A stretch of 64,000 bases of DNA from the NCBI GenBank assembly GCA_964016885.1, contig OZ024741.1, forward strand, positions 379,874,001 through 379,938,000. The letters run 5' to 3'. The notes beneath the pieces were generated by a model. That model had not been told where the DNA came from. It saw only the letters and a list, made by a program, of their open reading frames with translations, and did not search any database. The position numbers were made by a program, and so were the translations under genes. This DNA is from Eledone cirrhosa. Lineage: Eukaryota. This document shows positions 12,956 through 26,160 of the stretch, in pieces (position 1 is the first letter of the stretch; each line of letters begins with the position of its first letter).

Positions 12956-15900
12956 TTAATATATTATTCATACAACTGTGAATAAACCTGTAAAAACGAA
13001 TGAGTTTTAAAGAAATAGGTTAACTGTGGTGTTAAGAATAAATAGATAACAAGTTTACTTTCATTTTACCGTCCCATTTCCAAATATATCGAACGCTGCT
13101 ATCATGTCCTGCGTGAGTGTATGCGTATATGTGTATATGTGTGTTTGTGTAAATGTACATGTGTGTTTGGGTGATGTATGTGCGTGTTTGTGTGAAAGTA
13201 TGTGTATTTGTGTGAATGTATGTCCGCGAATGTATATTTGTGTAAGTGTGTCTGTGTTGCGCAATTATAGTTCTATAGTTATACATATAAATGTATGTAT
13301 ATTCACATACGCACACACATACACATACTCCTCCCTGTGTTGAAAAACATCCTTATCTCTTTATCTATATATATATAAATATCTGTCACATCGTCCCTCT
13401 GTCTATATCTCTTTCTTCACACACAGAATCTCTCTATTTCTCCCTGTTTCTCTCGCTCCGTCTATATATATGGTAGTTGAAGTGGTGGTACTGGTGGTGA
13501 TCTAACGGAAGCGTTGAAATATGAAATTATTAACAGAAGTGAAACTTGAAATAAGCAATATATTGTACATAAAGTTATTTATGTTTAATCAAGTGTTATA
13601 AAATTTAGTACAAAATGATTTATGTTTAATCAAGTGTTATAAAATTTAATACACAAAATATATAATATTCATTCAATATTTATTCAAAGTAATCCTACTT
13701 ATATAACTAACGCGATTTAAAAAAAAAATATGATACGGTCCCACACTCCTCCATTTATTATATATAGATACGATTTTGACTCAGTACCTTTACATATACA
13801 GCCATAGCAAACTCTCAATTTAGCAATCAGTCTTGCCATCAATATTGTACAGCAATGAAGGTCAGTTATGTCTATCGAAATCTTGTTGATCGTCGTCATC
13901 ATCACCATCTTTACAAGCACCACCACCACTATCATCATAATCATCATTACCAACTCCACCACTATGTATTTATGTATGTATTATGTCTGTAGGTATGTGT
14001 GTATGTGTGTAGGTACGTGTATGTATGTATATATGTGTGTATGTGTGTATGTGTGTATGTATGTATATAAGTACGTACGTATGTATGTATGCGTGTATGT
14101 ACGTATGTGTGAATATGTGTATGTATGTATTTATTCAAACTATCGTCTATTAATAAGAATATAACGAACGTTATATTTTTGTTAATTATTTCTTTAAGAA
14201 TTCCTGCTTTGTTAACGTATACAAGCCTCAAACACTATGTACCAATTTCTCCATTATTTTTGTCATTGCATTATTAGATGTAATGTGTTTGCATCGGTGA
14301 TTTCATTCATTGACGCTATAATATTATATTATCTTTTTTAATAAAATAAAAAAATTCAGTCAAAGTGCTTATTTTTTACCAAAGAAACAAAGTTTAATAG
14401 AGTGTAAAACAGATAACAATGTACAATTATTTTTCATGTTAATGGAGGTTGAAATTAACACTCGACTAAAAACATTAAAATATACCACTTGAAGAGTTAA
14501 TTATAACAAGTTATATCAAGTAAGGCAAAACGTTTGCGAAATATATAATTAATATAGATATACTTATGCTTCAGTAGAACACGACCGATATGACATTTTA
14601 ATAAAGAAATGTCTGGAGGTTTTGTAATTGTATTGCTAGATTATATTGCCTCGACAAAGAGCAGCTCTGTTTGGGTGTAGTCAATTGCGATAATCGTTAC
14701 AGCGTCAAGTACCATATATTACAGCTCTGTACTGAAATCTAAACAATATAGCGTTCAGTTTCTTATCTCCAAGGTCGGTAAACAAAGAATCATTATTATA
14801 TACAGCTAAAACCACTATTTAATTTAACTAAGACATAAACAAATCTAGATGAAACCCAACCTATCAAAAAGCTGAAGCAACTGCAAGTCCTGATCATAAA
14901 ATGAAGGCACATAGGTCATAATTTGAACCAGCTCATTCAAACACATATCCATGTATCCCAGTCAACAACAATCAACCTACTCCAGTTGATGGTATATAGG
15001 CATTGGTCATCATCAGGCTACAACCATCGTATTAAATAGTATTTATATTACTTTGTAAAGAAAAGATGTATGATGTCTTCCCCTGTCTTGTCTTATTTGT
15101 CTCTTCACTGGTTTCACCTTTTTAATTGGAGCAATATTGGGAGGTTCACAGTAATATATCAAGTGTCCTTGAAAAAGGTTTGCTTTCAAAACAACTACAA
15201 ATTTAAAACAACAAATATATGACAACCAGACACTATGTTATTCCAAATCCACAAACTGGATACACGATTCTGGATTATATACAGAATAAAATAGGAATGA
15301 AAGTGGTACAGATATAAAAGAAAAATGTTTGAAAACTAATGTAATATATATACAGTTATAAAATACTTTTTCGTGAATACAGTTCAATGGATTGTAAAAT
15401 TCCATATCTACATATCTCTGGTGAGGAAGTTAGTACGAGGAAAATGTTCAGGATGGAATCAATGCCTATGATGATTAGTCGGATTTTATTGAGGGCTTTC
15501 TATGCGGAAATACATATAATTAAGTTAAACACGAAAATATATGTATATCTAACTATATTGCTATGAAATCCACTCTCTCCCTATAATTCACTCTTTCTGT
15601 CTGTGTGCTATTCAATATGCAAGCATATCGTAGGGAAAAATATAGAAAGAAAAATGCAAAAATATTGAATCAGTCCATTGATGATTTCATGGTATAAATG
15701 AAGAGCTGTAATAGAATCTTGTACGTTGGATAAGTTGTTATGAAGGAGACTGTTAATTCATTATTCCTTATTCTGTATGCAACGGGGAAGAGGCGGTTAC
15801 AGTGAAGTAGAAAGGTATTATGAGCACGAGTAGTAGTGATTGTGGAGGTAGAAAGCAAACAAAGAAACCAGAACGGCCTATATTCGATTATATAAATTTC

Positions 15901-16232
15901 CGTTCATATAGATCGCACATTAATCTAATTATGTTCATAGTTATATATTATTCTGGTATATAGGTAATTAAGGGTGCTGTTAATGAATATTATTGGATTC
16001 GGTTATAGTGATAAATTATATACTACAATATACACTCTTACAGTAGCTATTACCTTATGAAGAATTACTTTGTCAAAACTAACCATTAAACCCAAATTTA
16101 TTAACCTTTGCATTGGTTTATGCAAACATACATAGGCGTATATAATTTCAATTAACCTCAATTCTAAATCCAATAATATTACTTAAAAGTCCCTTATACA
16201 TATATTTTTAATATGTATATATATATATATAT

Positions 16233-16272
<40 letters not shown>

Positions 16273-16312
16273 ATGTGTGTGTGTGTATACAAAACCGCCT
16301 CTACTAGTGCTG

Positions 16313-16336
16313 CTACTACTACTACTACTACTACCG

Positions 16337-16399
<63 letters not shown>
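16313..16399. repeat. (TAC)n microsatellite
   Basis: Seen directly. Confidence 0.9.
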
Positions 16400-16411
<12 letters not shown>

Positions 16412-16630
16412 ATACTACTTCTATCACAATACAAATAATAGGAATTTATTCTCTCTGTATACATGCATAAATACATACATACGCACACGCATGCATAAGA
16501 ACATACATACATAGACACATGCATGCATGACACTCCATCCATTTCCTGCCTCATAAACCTTTGTCTGTGAAGCTGAGGAGCATAATTTGTACTGTCTTTA
16601 ATGGATGTATATATATATATATATATACAT

Positions 16631-16693
<63 letters not shown>

Positions 16694-16696
16694 GAC

Positions 16697-16768
<72 letters not shown>

Positions 16769-17409
16769 GTGTGTGTGTATATCCATACGTATATATGTAT
16801 ATGCGAGCAAATGTGTGTGTGCATATTTATAATTTGGCGCTTTGTAATCACCTATATGATGTATAATATTCTCTTCGATAATTCATTGTTTGTTCCTTGT
16901 CATAGGGTTAACAATTGCCATAAACAACATTACGCAGTCTAATATTTTAATAAGTATCGATATGTACATACAGACTCAGCATCGTATAGTTGTCCAATCA
17001 TGGCTAAATCACATGATGCACCACAAAACATGGCAGTGTTTGGATATAAAATTACAATTTAGCAGAATATGAAAGAGCATAATGTTAGTAGTCGGTATTT
17101 GCGGATACAAACACACATACATACACACACATACATATGCATACATACGCCCATATGCATACATACACAAATACGCACACACACATACATGCATATATAT
17201 ATATATATTGTTATACTTGGGGAGGGTCATATTTGTGTAATATTGCCAGAATTAATAACAGAACACACTCACTGTTTGGTTGGTTTTAGCTTTTCGCTTC
17301 TGTGTCTTTTATATCGGCAATCTAATTTATTCCGTCCTCAATGTTGCCATTGACTGACCAACGGTCAACAATAATACAGATACAATATAGACATAAACAC
17401 ATATATATA

Positions 17410-17544
17410 GTTTATCAAGGTTCTTTCGTTGTACATCTGCAACATCATCAGTGGTTCTATTGTTTCCTCCCGTTACATTGTATTTTCTACGCCATCTTTA
17501 TTTTTCTATAAACAGACTAAATAAAGATGGCGTAGAAAATACAA

Positions 17545-17546
<2 letters not shown>
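17410..17546 (-). mobile_element. Mini hairpin+tail element related to the adjacent PLE 3' end
   Basis: Hairpin 17479-17546 whose arm matches 17796-17830; minus-strand tail contains CTGATGA-t-gttg..caac-GAAA. Confidence 0.65.
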
Positions 17547-17595
<49 letters not shown>

Positions 17596-17605
17596 TATAT
17601 ATGTA

Positions 17606-17668
<63 letters not shown>

Positions 17669-17678
17669 TATATATGTA

Positions 17679-17726
<48 letters not shown>

Positions 17727-17729
<3 letters not shown>

Positions 17730-19782
17730 ATAATAATAAAATTGAAGACTAAAATCCAAAGAGGGCTCGATAAGGATAAATATATATCAATATATATTTT
17801 CTACGCCATCTTTATTTAGTCTGTTTATATATTTATTTATTTGTTTATTTTGTTTGTCTTCTTTGCGCATGCGTTTGCGTGTGTGTATAGTGTTTTGTTT
17901 GATGTGTGTTCGTGATTGGGTGTTTGTGTATTTGTTAATGTATTCTATCTTTACTAGTGTGTGTTTATATGTGTTTGTTGTTATTGTGCTTGTGTATGTA
18001 TTTATTTATTTATTTATATATACTTCTCTTTGGTCTGTGTTTTTTGTTAGGGTGTTGTTGTTATTCCATTCATTTATTCTGTTTAGCCTTGGCATTCTAA
18101 GTTCTATTTCACTGGCCTCTCTGATTTGCCTATCTGCAGAGTCATTTCTATGTTTAGATATTATTCTAATTTCTATGTTTATGTTACCGTCGTGTTGTTG
18201 TCTGGCTTGTTCGTATAGTACTGAAACGTTTTTTCGTCCTTTCAGTTCCCCCCAGTGTTGCTCTATCCTTTCACCTATGCTACGAGCTGTCTCGACTATG
18301 TATGCTGTTGTCATGTTTCTGCAAGTACCCTCTGTACATATTATGCTATAGACTACGTTTCTAGTTTTACAGTTTATCCGAGGGTTTACCTTACATATGA
18401 TGCATTTCCTATTAGTACAGTGGGTTTTCTTAAAAGGGTAGGTTTTGCTGAGCAGGGATTTTATGGTGGTTCCTGGATTTTCTACCACCTTAATCTTTAA
18501 GTGGGTCTTTCTCAGGGCCTTTCTACACTGGTTAGCTAATTTCCCTCCAGGGGTAGCGTCCACAAACATGACACTCTGGTATATCTGGTTGTTGTACCAT
18601 GAGGTGGCTTTCCCTATCTCATGTCTAGCCCTATCTAAGCTATTCTATGATTTGCTCCTGTATAATGGGCACATTCCTTTCATGTCCAGTTGTATGAGTG
18701 TCTTATACTTCTCCGTGGCTCCTTCGTATACTCTGAATCTGTCTCTTTGGTTGTAGCCAGAAAACTGCATGCGGTTGATGAAGTGTTGGATGTGTATTTC
18801 CATTTCTGTTGGGTACACATGCGGGACACGTTCTTCATCACTCGTACCAAGTCTGTGATCAGAATATTAAACTTAGCACTACTGGACATTGCTGAGTTTT
18901 TGAGTATCAGGTATTTGGAGGCCATGTGTTTAGCACAGTGTGAGTGGAGAATTTGAGCTTTCTCGTCTATATTGTTACTCGAGAGTTCCGTGTCTAATAG
19001 AGGTAGTCTATTTTTAGGGTGTTTGGAAGGTTAGTCGATAGTTACAGTTATACTCTGGTGTATGGAATTAGCTATCTGCTGGATGCTTTCCATTGTGCTA
19101 TGTTCTAAATCAAACTTGTTAGTGTTCTCTTGTGGGGTTGTTCTTATAACTATATTGATATCGTCTACGTAACGAGAATACATGATGAGGTCTATGGAGC
19201 TCTCATTAAGGAGATCTTTAAGTCTCCTTTCCCACCATACCATAAAAAGCTTGGCAACGTCATCTAGCTACGCTGACGCCAAGGGCTGCTACCTCGTTTT
19301 GGGTGTAGATCTTCTCGTTGAACTTTGATACTAACCCCTATTGCCTGTGCGACCATTTGTCTTACCTGATCATTGTTTTTTGGGATCCGTATAGCTTTGG
19401 TTCACCCAATCCACCTTCCCATGGGAGTCTTTTTAGCCATTGAGGTTATGGTGGGGAGTTTACCTCTTATGGGTCTACTGGGGCAGAAACGTCTAAGGTC
19501 ATGGCTGTCTAGGTAGTCAGTGTCGTAGGTAAGTCTAATTAGGTGGCCCAGTTCGTCTGTGTCGACGTCGCTGAACTCCACCTCACTCTCAATGATCATC
19601 TCCACACATTTTTCCACAGCAAAATCAATGTTAATGGATGGGTACAGTGATACCACATCCATGCTGCCTATTATGCAGTTGGATAGGTTCCTGTTTTTGT
19701 TGCACTCACTGATTCTGCTGAGGAGGTCCTCTGTACTGTCACATTCATCTGGGGATATCTTGATTATGGGGCGTATAACCAT
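17727..19782 (-). mobile_element. 5'-truncated Penelope-like element, probably Naiad-type, flanked by (TA)n
   Basis: RT motifs [20 protein letters not shown] and YSRYVDD; CTNRKCIIC linker; GIY-YIG-like VVYSIIC..YIVETARSIGERIEQH; frameshifted. Clade call is from recalled motifs only. Confidence 0.85.
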
Positions 19783-19846
19783 GTATATATATATATATAC
19801 ATATATATATACACATATGTATATTCATATATATATATATATATTT

Positions 19847-19991
<145 letters not shown>

Positions 19992-20484
19992 CATACACAT
20001 AGATACATATATATACATAGGAGAAGGTTGTAGGTTGCTTAAAACATTGTTTATAGCATAGGAAAAACATGATGTTTGAAGGCCACGGCAATGTGAAATG
20101 GACGAACAAGAAAATAAGATGAAAAACAATGCACTATGTTACATCATTTATTTGTCTGTCCTGATATTTCGAGATGATATCTTTTCTTCAAAGGTATATA
20201 ACAAGTGACACGTCCAGAATCGTTAAACGCGCTATGACATGCTGCCGGCAGAGGTGACATTGGTGATGATGGACAGTAAGAGGAACATAGAGCTCTAGCA
20301 ATCTATTAATATATTTGCGTGAGCAAGAAGGCACACGCTTCTCAGGTTATTTAATTGTTACTATGTCTGTATGTGCATGTCTGTGTTTACATGGGTAAGT
20401 GTATACAAGGATGCCTATTTGTGTGCGTTCTTATATATACAGATATATGCATGTATGTGTGTGTCTCTGTCTGTTTTTGCGGGC

Positions 20485-20545
<61 letters not shown>

Positions 20546-20649
20546 GAAAGAACTCTGTAGCCTCCTAACATTTCTCCTATGTTATTTTCAAAAAATTAAT
20601 AGAGAGATACAACCACATTACATAAAAGGCCATGCTCCAAATTCTTATA

Positions 20650-20870
20650 TATAAACTCGCCTAAAATAGCCATTGAGGCAAAATGAGCCTTATAAAATTT
20701 AATCACGATGCCGTGCATCGAGAACATTGTACCTGAAATATCGTAGCCCATACAACACAACGTGTAACAGAAACACTTCCATTGAATTTAACGAAATTTC
20801 GTTAAGTTCAATGGAAGAGTTTCTATTACACGTGTTGCATGGGCTACGATATTTCAGGTACAATGCTCTC
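20650..20870 (-). mobile_element. Spacerless palindrome+tail element
   Basis: Palindrome 20720-20870 centred on aacgaaa|tttcgtt; unpaired ~70 nt on the left ending in tatata; right end abuts (CT)n(TA)n. Confidence 0.75.
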
Positions 20871-20875
20871 TCCCT

Positions 20876-20981
<106 letters not shown>

Positions 20982-21587
20982 TATGTATGCAAGAGATAAA
21001 CAGAATTAACAACACAATCGGTACAGTATATGGAAGGTATATATTAGGTTAACGCTTGATATAGCAAGAAGAGGGGGTTTTTAACGTTTCCGACGCCAGT
21101 CCTTCATCCGAAGAAAGAATGAGAAATAAAATAGATTGAGGGGATGGGCGGGATGGATTTGGGAAAAATGTCTTTAGATAAAAATAACAGTTTCATTCAT
21201 GTTGACAACTCTTGCAGAACTGTTGGTGCTGGCGTTTTGTGTACGATTTGTTTTTTAGAAAAGTGGATGACGGCGTGCGTCGACCTGAAATGAAAAAAAC
21301 AACCGTTTTGTAAAAAGAGCTATAATTGAGCACGTGTGTAAGCATGAGTTTGTGCGCGTGTGTTTGTGTGTGTTTGTGTTTATGTGTGTGTGTGTGTGTA
21401 ACCACAGTAAGTAAGGTACTCAATACATATCAGAGTATAACAGTTTTAATATAGAAGAGCTTCTACAGGACTAGAACTGTTCGCAAACATACATGCATAC
21501 ATCTGTGTGTGTATAAGTACGCACGCAAATAGGCATCCATGTATACACTTACCCATATATATATATACATATATATATACATATACA

Positions 21588-21682
<95 letters not shown>

Positions 21683-21702
21683 AATATATATATATATATA
21701 TA

Positions 21703-22866
21703 TTAGTAAAAAGGAAAAGAAAACGTTGACAGATTTTTTCCAGTGAAAAATAGTTTAATTAGGAATAAGTATAAATTAGTAATAAGTAATGGTTAGTATT
21801 CAGTGTTAGTTTTAAGTTTTTTACCGATTGCGCATTTCAAATGCTTTTCAAAAATAATTTTAAGATAGAGCGTTCGTGATTTGGTTGGTTGTTGAATGTC
21901 ACGTGAATAAGCACTATAATTGTGATTGGGCGGTAGAAGTCACGTGAATGTTCAATAATAAAAGATGTGAAATGAAGTATAGTATTGTCATAACAACAAG
22001 GTGTGTGTGAGTATGTCCATATTGTACGTACTGCAAGGGAATCCATTAGGCTCTGCCATATGGGATATTTGTGGATAGAAATGTATGTAGGATGTATGTT
22101 GATGTAGGTATGTATGTAGACGTGTGTATGTTGTGGGTTCGTCTTAGGGAGAAGTGTTTCGACCGGGTCCGTATTTGTTAATAAAGTGAGATTCCTTGCT
22201 GATGCGCTGGCTGTGGGTGGCATTATCTTTAAATTTGTAGAGGGGAAAGATTCTAAAGCTGGGATGATTTTGAGTGTCACAGGTATCAATGTGTTCACTC
22301 AGCGGTATTTTTCTGTATTCCCGTATTTTGATTTGGGATCTATGGACAGTCATGCGTTGGTGGAGGCTGTACTAGTCTGGCCTATGTATTGTTCTCGACA
22401 ACCTGAGCAAGTTAATACATATATTAGTTTTTCTGATGCGCATGTGAAATTGTGCTTTACTATAAAACGTTGTCCCTCTTTGAAATATAATTCGGAACCC
22501 TCTATTAGGTTGATGCACATGCCATAGTTGGGTCTATCGAATTTTTTTACTGTGGGTTTCGTTGTTGTCGTTGGTAGTACCTTGGCATGTGTTCGGATGT
22601 TTTTCATTGACTTAGATTGTCTTTTGCTCTTTATGATATCGTGTGTTCGAAGGGTTTGGTTCATTCTCTGGTCCTTCTGTAACACAGGGATGTTCTGGAA
22701 GATGGTGTCAAATGCCTCATTGTTGAGGTGGTTGTGTGTGGAGATTTATGAAAGAGCTTTTAGTTCGGTTGGTTTGCTTTGGGGTGTCTAAGGTCCTGGG
22801 TACGGAGTTTCAGCGCACGTTGGATTCCATTGTCAATTAGTGATGCAGGGTAGTCCCTGCCTATGA
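21703..22866 (-). mobile_element. Neptune-like Penelope element 3' fragment in (TA)n
   Basis: FTCASEKLIYVLTCSGCREQYIGQT GIY-YIG motif; both ends abut (TA)n. Confidence 0.85.
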
Positions 22867-22911
<45 letters not shown>

Positions 22912-22914
22912 TAT

Positions 22915-23530
22915 AGAGTCAAAATAAGGAAATGGACATTTGTGACAATTAAACTTACTGGAATACTATTTGTACCTCCTATGCCATCAACATTGTCTGC
23001 TGCCTAGAGAGTGTATCTCATATGGCAAATAGAAAGTAAACACTGTTGATACGTCCGAAAACAATTGTGGACGATTTACTCTCTGCTACCGCTGGAACAA
23101 AGAATGATGTTAGTCATCTAGAAAACACATATTCTTTTATGTTAATGGGTCCTTGAAAATTAACCAAATATTAATAATATGATTTTAATATTAGTAGTAC
23201 TCATATAGGTGTCTATAGGAATATATGTAGGCATCCACCATGTTAGAATGAAAACAAAATTTAATTTGAATTTTCGGCGGAACCTGCAGTAAAATAGCTT
23301 GCTATGCAAATTAGGCTAATCAGCCGATGTATACTTTTGAGATTACTATATATTTTCAGCAGTTCCAGCAGGCAGCAGTGACAAACAAATATACAACATT
23401 CATAATGCAGAGTAACTCCCAAACTATTGTCGACTGTTTTTGCTGTGCTACCGCTGGAACAAAAAGATGACTGACGCCATCAAGGAAACAGACAAAACGT
23501 TGTGTTATAAGGCTGATTAAACGAACCGAA
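22915..23530 (+). mobile_element. Decayed partial-tandem element, 362-bp period, with HHR-like remnants
   Basis: tgctaccgctggaacaaa at 23084 and 23446, each preceded by a degenerate (G)AAA-CAATTG-T motif. Confidence 0.45.
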
Positions 23531-23537
23531 TATTACT

Positions 23538-23720
23538 AATAATTGTTTCTACTTTAGGCACAAGGCCAGCAATTACCCAGTGCATTACTGGTACTTTATT
23601 TTATCGACCCCGTAAGGATGAAAGGCAAAGTCAGCCTCGGCGGGATTTGAACTCAGATCATATAGGGACGTAACTATGCTGGAAAGCATGGCGTCCGACC
23701 CTCTAACGATACTGCCAATT
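23538..23720 (-). mobile_element. tRNA-derived Nin-domain-like SINE
   Basis: Reverse complement of 23743-23930. Confidence 0.85.
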
Positions 23721-23742
23721 ACTAATAATATAATATTGTGTT

Positions 23743-23930
23743 GAATTGGCAGTATCGGTAGAGGGTTGGACGCCATGCTTTCTAGCATAGTTACGTCCCT
23801 TTACAGTCTGAGTTCAAATCCCGCCGAGGTTAACTTTGCCTTTCATCCTTACGGGGTCGATAAAATAAAGTACCAGTAATGTACTGGGTAATTGCTGGCC
23901 TTGTGCCTAAAGTAGAAACAATTATTATTA
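23743..23930 (+). mobile_element. tRNA-derived Nin-domain-like SINE
   Basis: A-box-like tggcagtatcgg, B box gagttcaaatcc, core gcctttcatccttacggggtcgataaaataaagtaccag, (ATT)n tail. Confidence 0.85.
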
Positions 23931-24307
23931 CTAGCAGAATGGCCCGGCGTTGCTCGGGATTTACTCAAGGGTTCTTATATATTTGATATATATCCTTATC
24001 AAGCCTCGTGAAATAAATACATTTGTTTATATTTTCTTATTGTGTGTAGAAAAATATCTGTGCACGAATATATAATTATATATATGTATTGAAATAACAT
24101 ATTAAAGTTTAAATAAAGAATCGCTGCTTTCACTCCTAACAGGATCTTCTGAAACTAAAAAAAAACAATATGCTCAAATCACTCACAGGACCATAAGTAT
24201 TACATGTGTAAAGTTTGAAAATAATCGGTTGGGTGGTTCTCAAGCTTTAGGGAGTCAGACAGACAGACAAACAGACAGCCAGACATTCTCTGTTTTACAT
24301 ATATAGA
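23931..24307 (-). mobile_element. Non-autonomous Helitron
   Basis: Minus strand 5' TC, (GTCT)n near the 5' end, cccgagcaacgccggg hairpin then CTAG 3'; inserted between A and T with no TSD, inside the SINE (ATT)n tail. Confidence 0.85.
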
Positions 24308-24389
24308 TTATTCATTCGGGAATGTGACAACGCTGGACCTCTATTTTACGAGTACAACTAACTATTGCCAGCTGAGTTGATTGGTGCAA

Positions 24390-24490
24390 CGTGATATGAA
24401 ATATCTTGCTCAAGCACAAAAGGTTTCAGCGAAAATTAAGTACATGACCTTACGACAGTGAGCGGAATAACTAACCATTAAACTACGGAC
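24390..24490 (-). mobile_element. Degenerate SINE of a second family
   Basis: agctgagttgattggtgcaacgtga...tcttgctcaagcac...taaccattaaactac resembles, in reverse, a tRNA head plus CCTTGAGCAAG-type core. Confidence 0.5.
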
Positions 24491-24577
24491 CTTTACTCAC
24501 ACATATATTCATATGTATATGCATTTTTATATATACATATGAATATATACATGTATTTATACATACATACACATTCA

Positions 24578-24644
<67 letters not shown>

Positions 24645-24649
<5 letters not shown>

Positions 24650-25524
24650 AGTATGTATGTTTGTATGTATACGTACATACATATATGTATACAGACGTAC
24701 AGTAGTATGTATATATATACATACATGCAAACATATATATATGCACGTATCGGTTTACCGAACATTTATTAATAATGCTCTGTCTGTTTGTAAACAAACA
24801 AACAGACCGAATTACGGTTACGTGGTTGTCTAAACACTGTACGGCGTAATTCGGGCTGTTTGCTTGTTTACAAACAAACCGAGCAATATAATAAATGTTC
24901 GGTAAACCAATACGTGCATATATATATATATATATGTGTGTGTGCATGTATGTATATATATACATACTACTGTACGACTGTAAACATATATGTATGTACG
25001 TATACATACATACATACTTACATTTAAGTAACTGCCGTACTAGGAGTGAGAAATGAAATTTCGTTTCATTTTATTCCGTTTATCGTGTTTGGTGCGCCCG
25101 GCGGACTAAACTCACTCGATATGCAAATTAGGCTGCTCAGCCGTTAATATGCATAAGGAAAGTATATACTTCCAGACGTTCAACCATCTGGCAGGAAGGT
25201 ATACATATGCTGACGATAGCTAATAAGCTTAAAACTAGTACATTGTTCCTGTGTCATTGTTGAACAAAAATGACGTGGTTGCCTAAACACTGTACGGCGT
25301 AATTCGTGCTGTTTGTTTGTTTACAAACAAACCGTGCATTATAATAAATGTTCGGTAAACCAATACGTGCATATATATATATATATGTGTGCATGTATGT
25401 ATAAATATACATACTACTGTACGTCTGTATACATATATGTATGTACGTATACATACATAGTTACTTACATTTAAGTAACTGCCGTACTAAGAGTGAGAAA
25501 GGAAATTTCGTTTCATTCTATTCC

Positions 25525-25528
<4 letters not shown>
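24645..25528 (+). mobile_element. Retrozyme-like non-coding element: inverted arm plus 1.5 tandem units (453-bp period) with HHR
   Basis: 24645-24816 inverted to 24845-25023; direct repeats 24820-25080 and 25273-25528; HHR-like core at 25207-25243; (TA)n on both sides. Confidence 0.75.
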
Positions 25529-25580
<52 letters not shown>

Positions 25581-25584
<4 letters not shown>

Positions 25585-25772
25585 AAGTATGACGCCGACG
25601 GCAGAGCTCAAACCGTTTCGACGGCTATTTCTTGTGGGCTGAAATAGCCGTCGAAAGGGGATGAGCTCTGCCGTCGGGGTCATACTTTTTCATATTTCCC
25701 ACTCTACTACCCTAAGTATTGAGGACTCTGGTGCGTTATTGTCCATCTGGTTGCTTACCACAATTCCTTCGT
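25581..25772 (+). mobile_element. Short palindrome+tail element
   Basis: Arms 25581-25631 and 25641-25691; tail with ttgaggactct...taccacaatt; relative at 53184-53258. Confidence 0.8.
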
Positions 25773-26160
25773 TATATTTATATATATATATTAAAATAAC
25801 ATATTAAAGTTTAAGTAAATAATCGCTGCTTTCAACCTTAACGGAATCTTCTGAAACTAAACAAATCAATCTGTGAACGCAGAAATAAATATTTCGAAAA
25901 ACGTTGCAACCGAAGTAAAACAAGAAGATGATACTTTCGTTCGTGAAGAAGATCCCTGGCAATGATCGGAAAAAAAGCGAAGATAATACGTCTTTATGTT
26001 AAGCGTGGAGAACAAATACGCGCAAAGACAAAATAAAGTCGTAGACTAATATTCTATTTAGGAAACCGAATGATTCTCGGCTATAGAATTAAGAATGATG
26101 TGCATAAATTATTAGAATGAAAATGACAGAATTCATTGAAATCCACAATAATCAAATATA

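Larger units (their letters stand above)
11257..13768 (-). mobile_element. Old Helitron-like element split by nested insertions (homologous to 26161-26793)
   Basis: 11257-11368, 13502-13570 and 13660-13768 align by eye, in order, to parts of 26161-26793. Confidence 0.55.

Noticed and set aside
14660-15860. Possible old SINE, PLE and L2-like scraps, or a host exon
   Set aside because: Only faint motif resemblance; no coherent frame or splice structure
16183-16942. Long ORFs rich in YI, TH, CV, poly-S or poly-T (also near 2302, 10002, 19559, 24493, 53052, 55523)
   Set aside because: Translations of (TA)n, (CA)n, (TAC)n and (CAT)n microsatellites; no evidence of real coding
17727-19782. Possible selenoprotein/SECIS as reported for some Naiad PLEs
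   Set aside because: No in-frame TGA at an obvious Cys position and no convincing SECIS by eye; the copy is decayed
21080-21112. HHR-like ggatgaagg...gaaacgtt on the minus strand (also weak cores at ~20160-20195, ~3100-3115, ~8699-8720, ~52110-52140)
   Set aside because: Core too degenerate or 5' half missing; probably decayed PLE-end ribozymes but not supportable individually
23743-23830. tRNA gene
   Set aside because: A and B boxes belong to a SINE head; no cloverleaf, and followed by SINE core and tail
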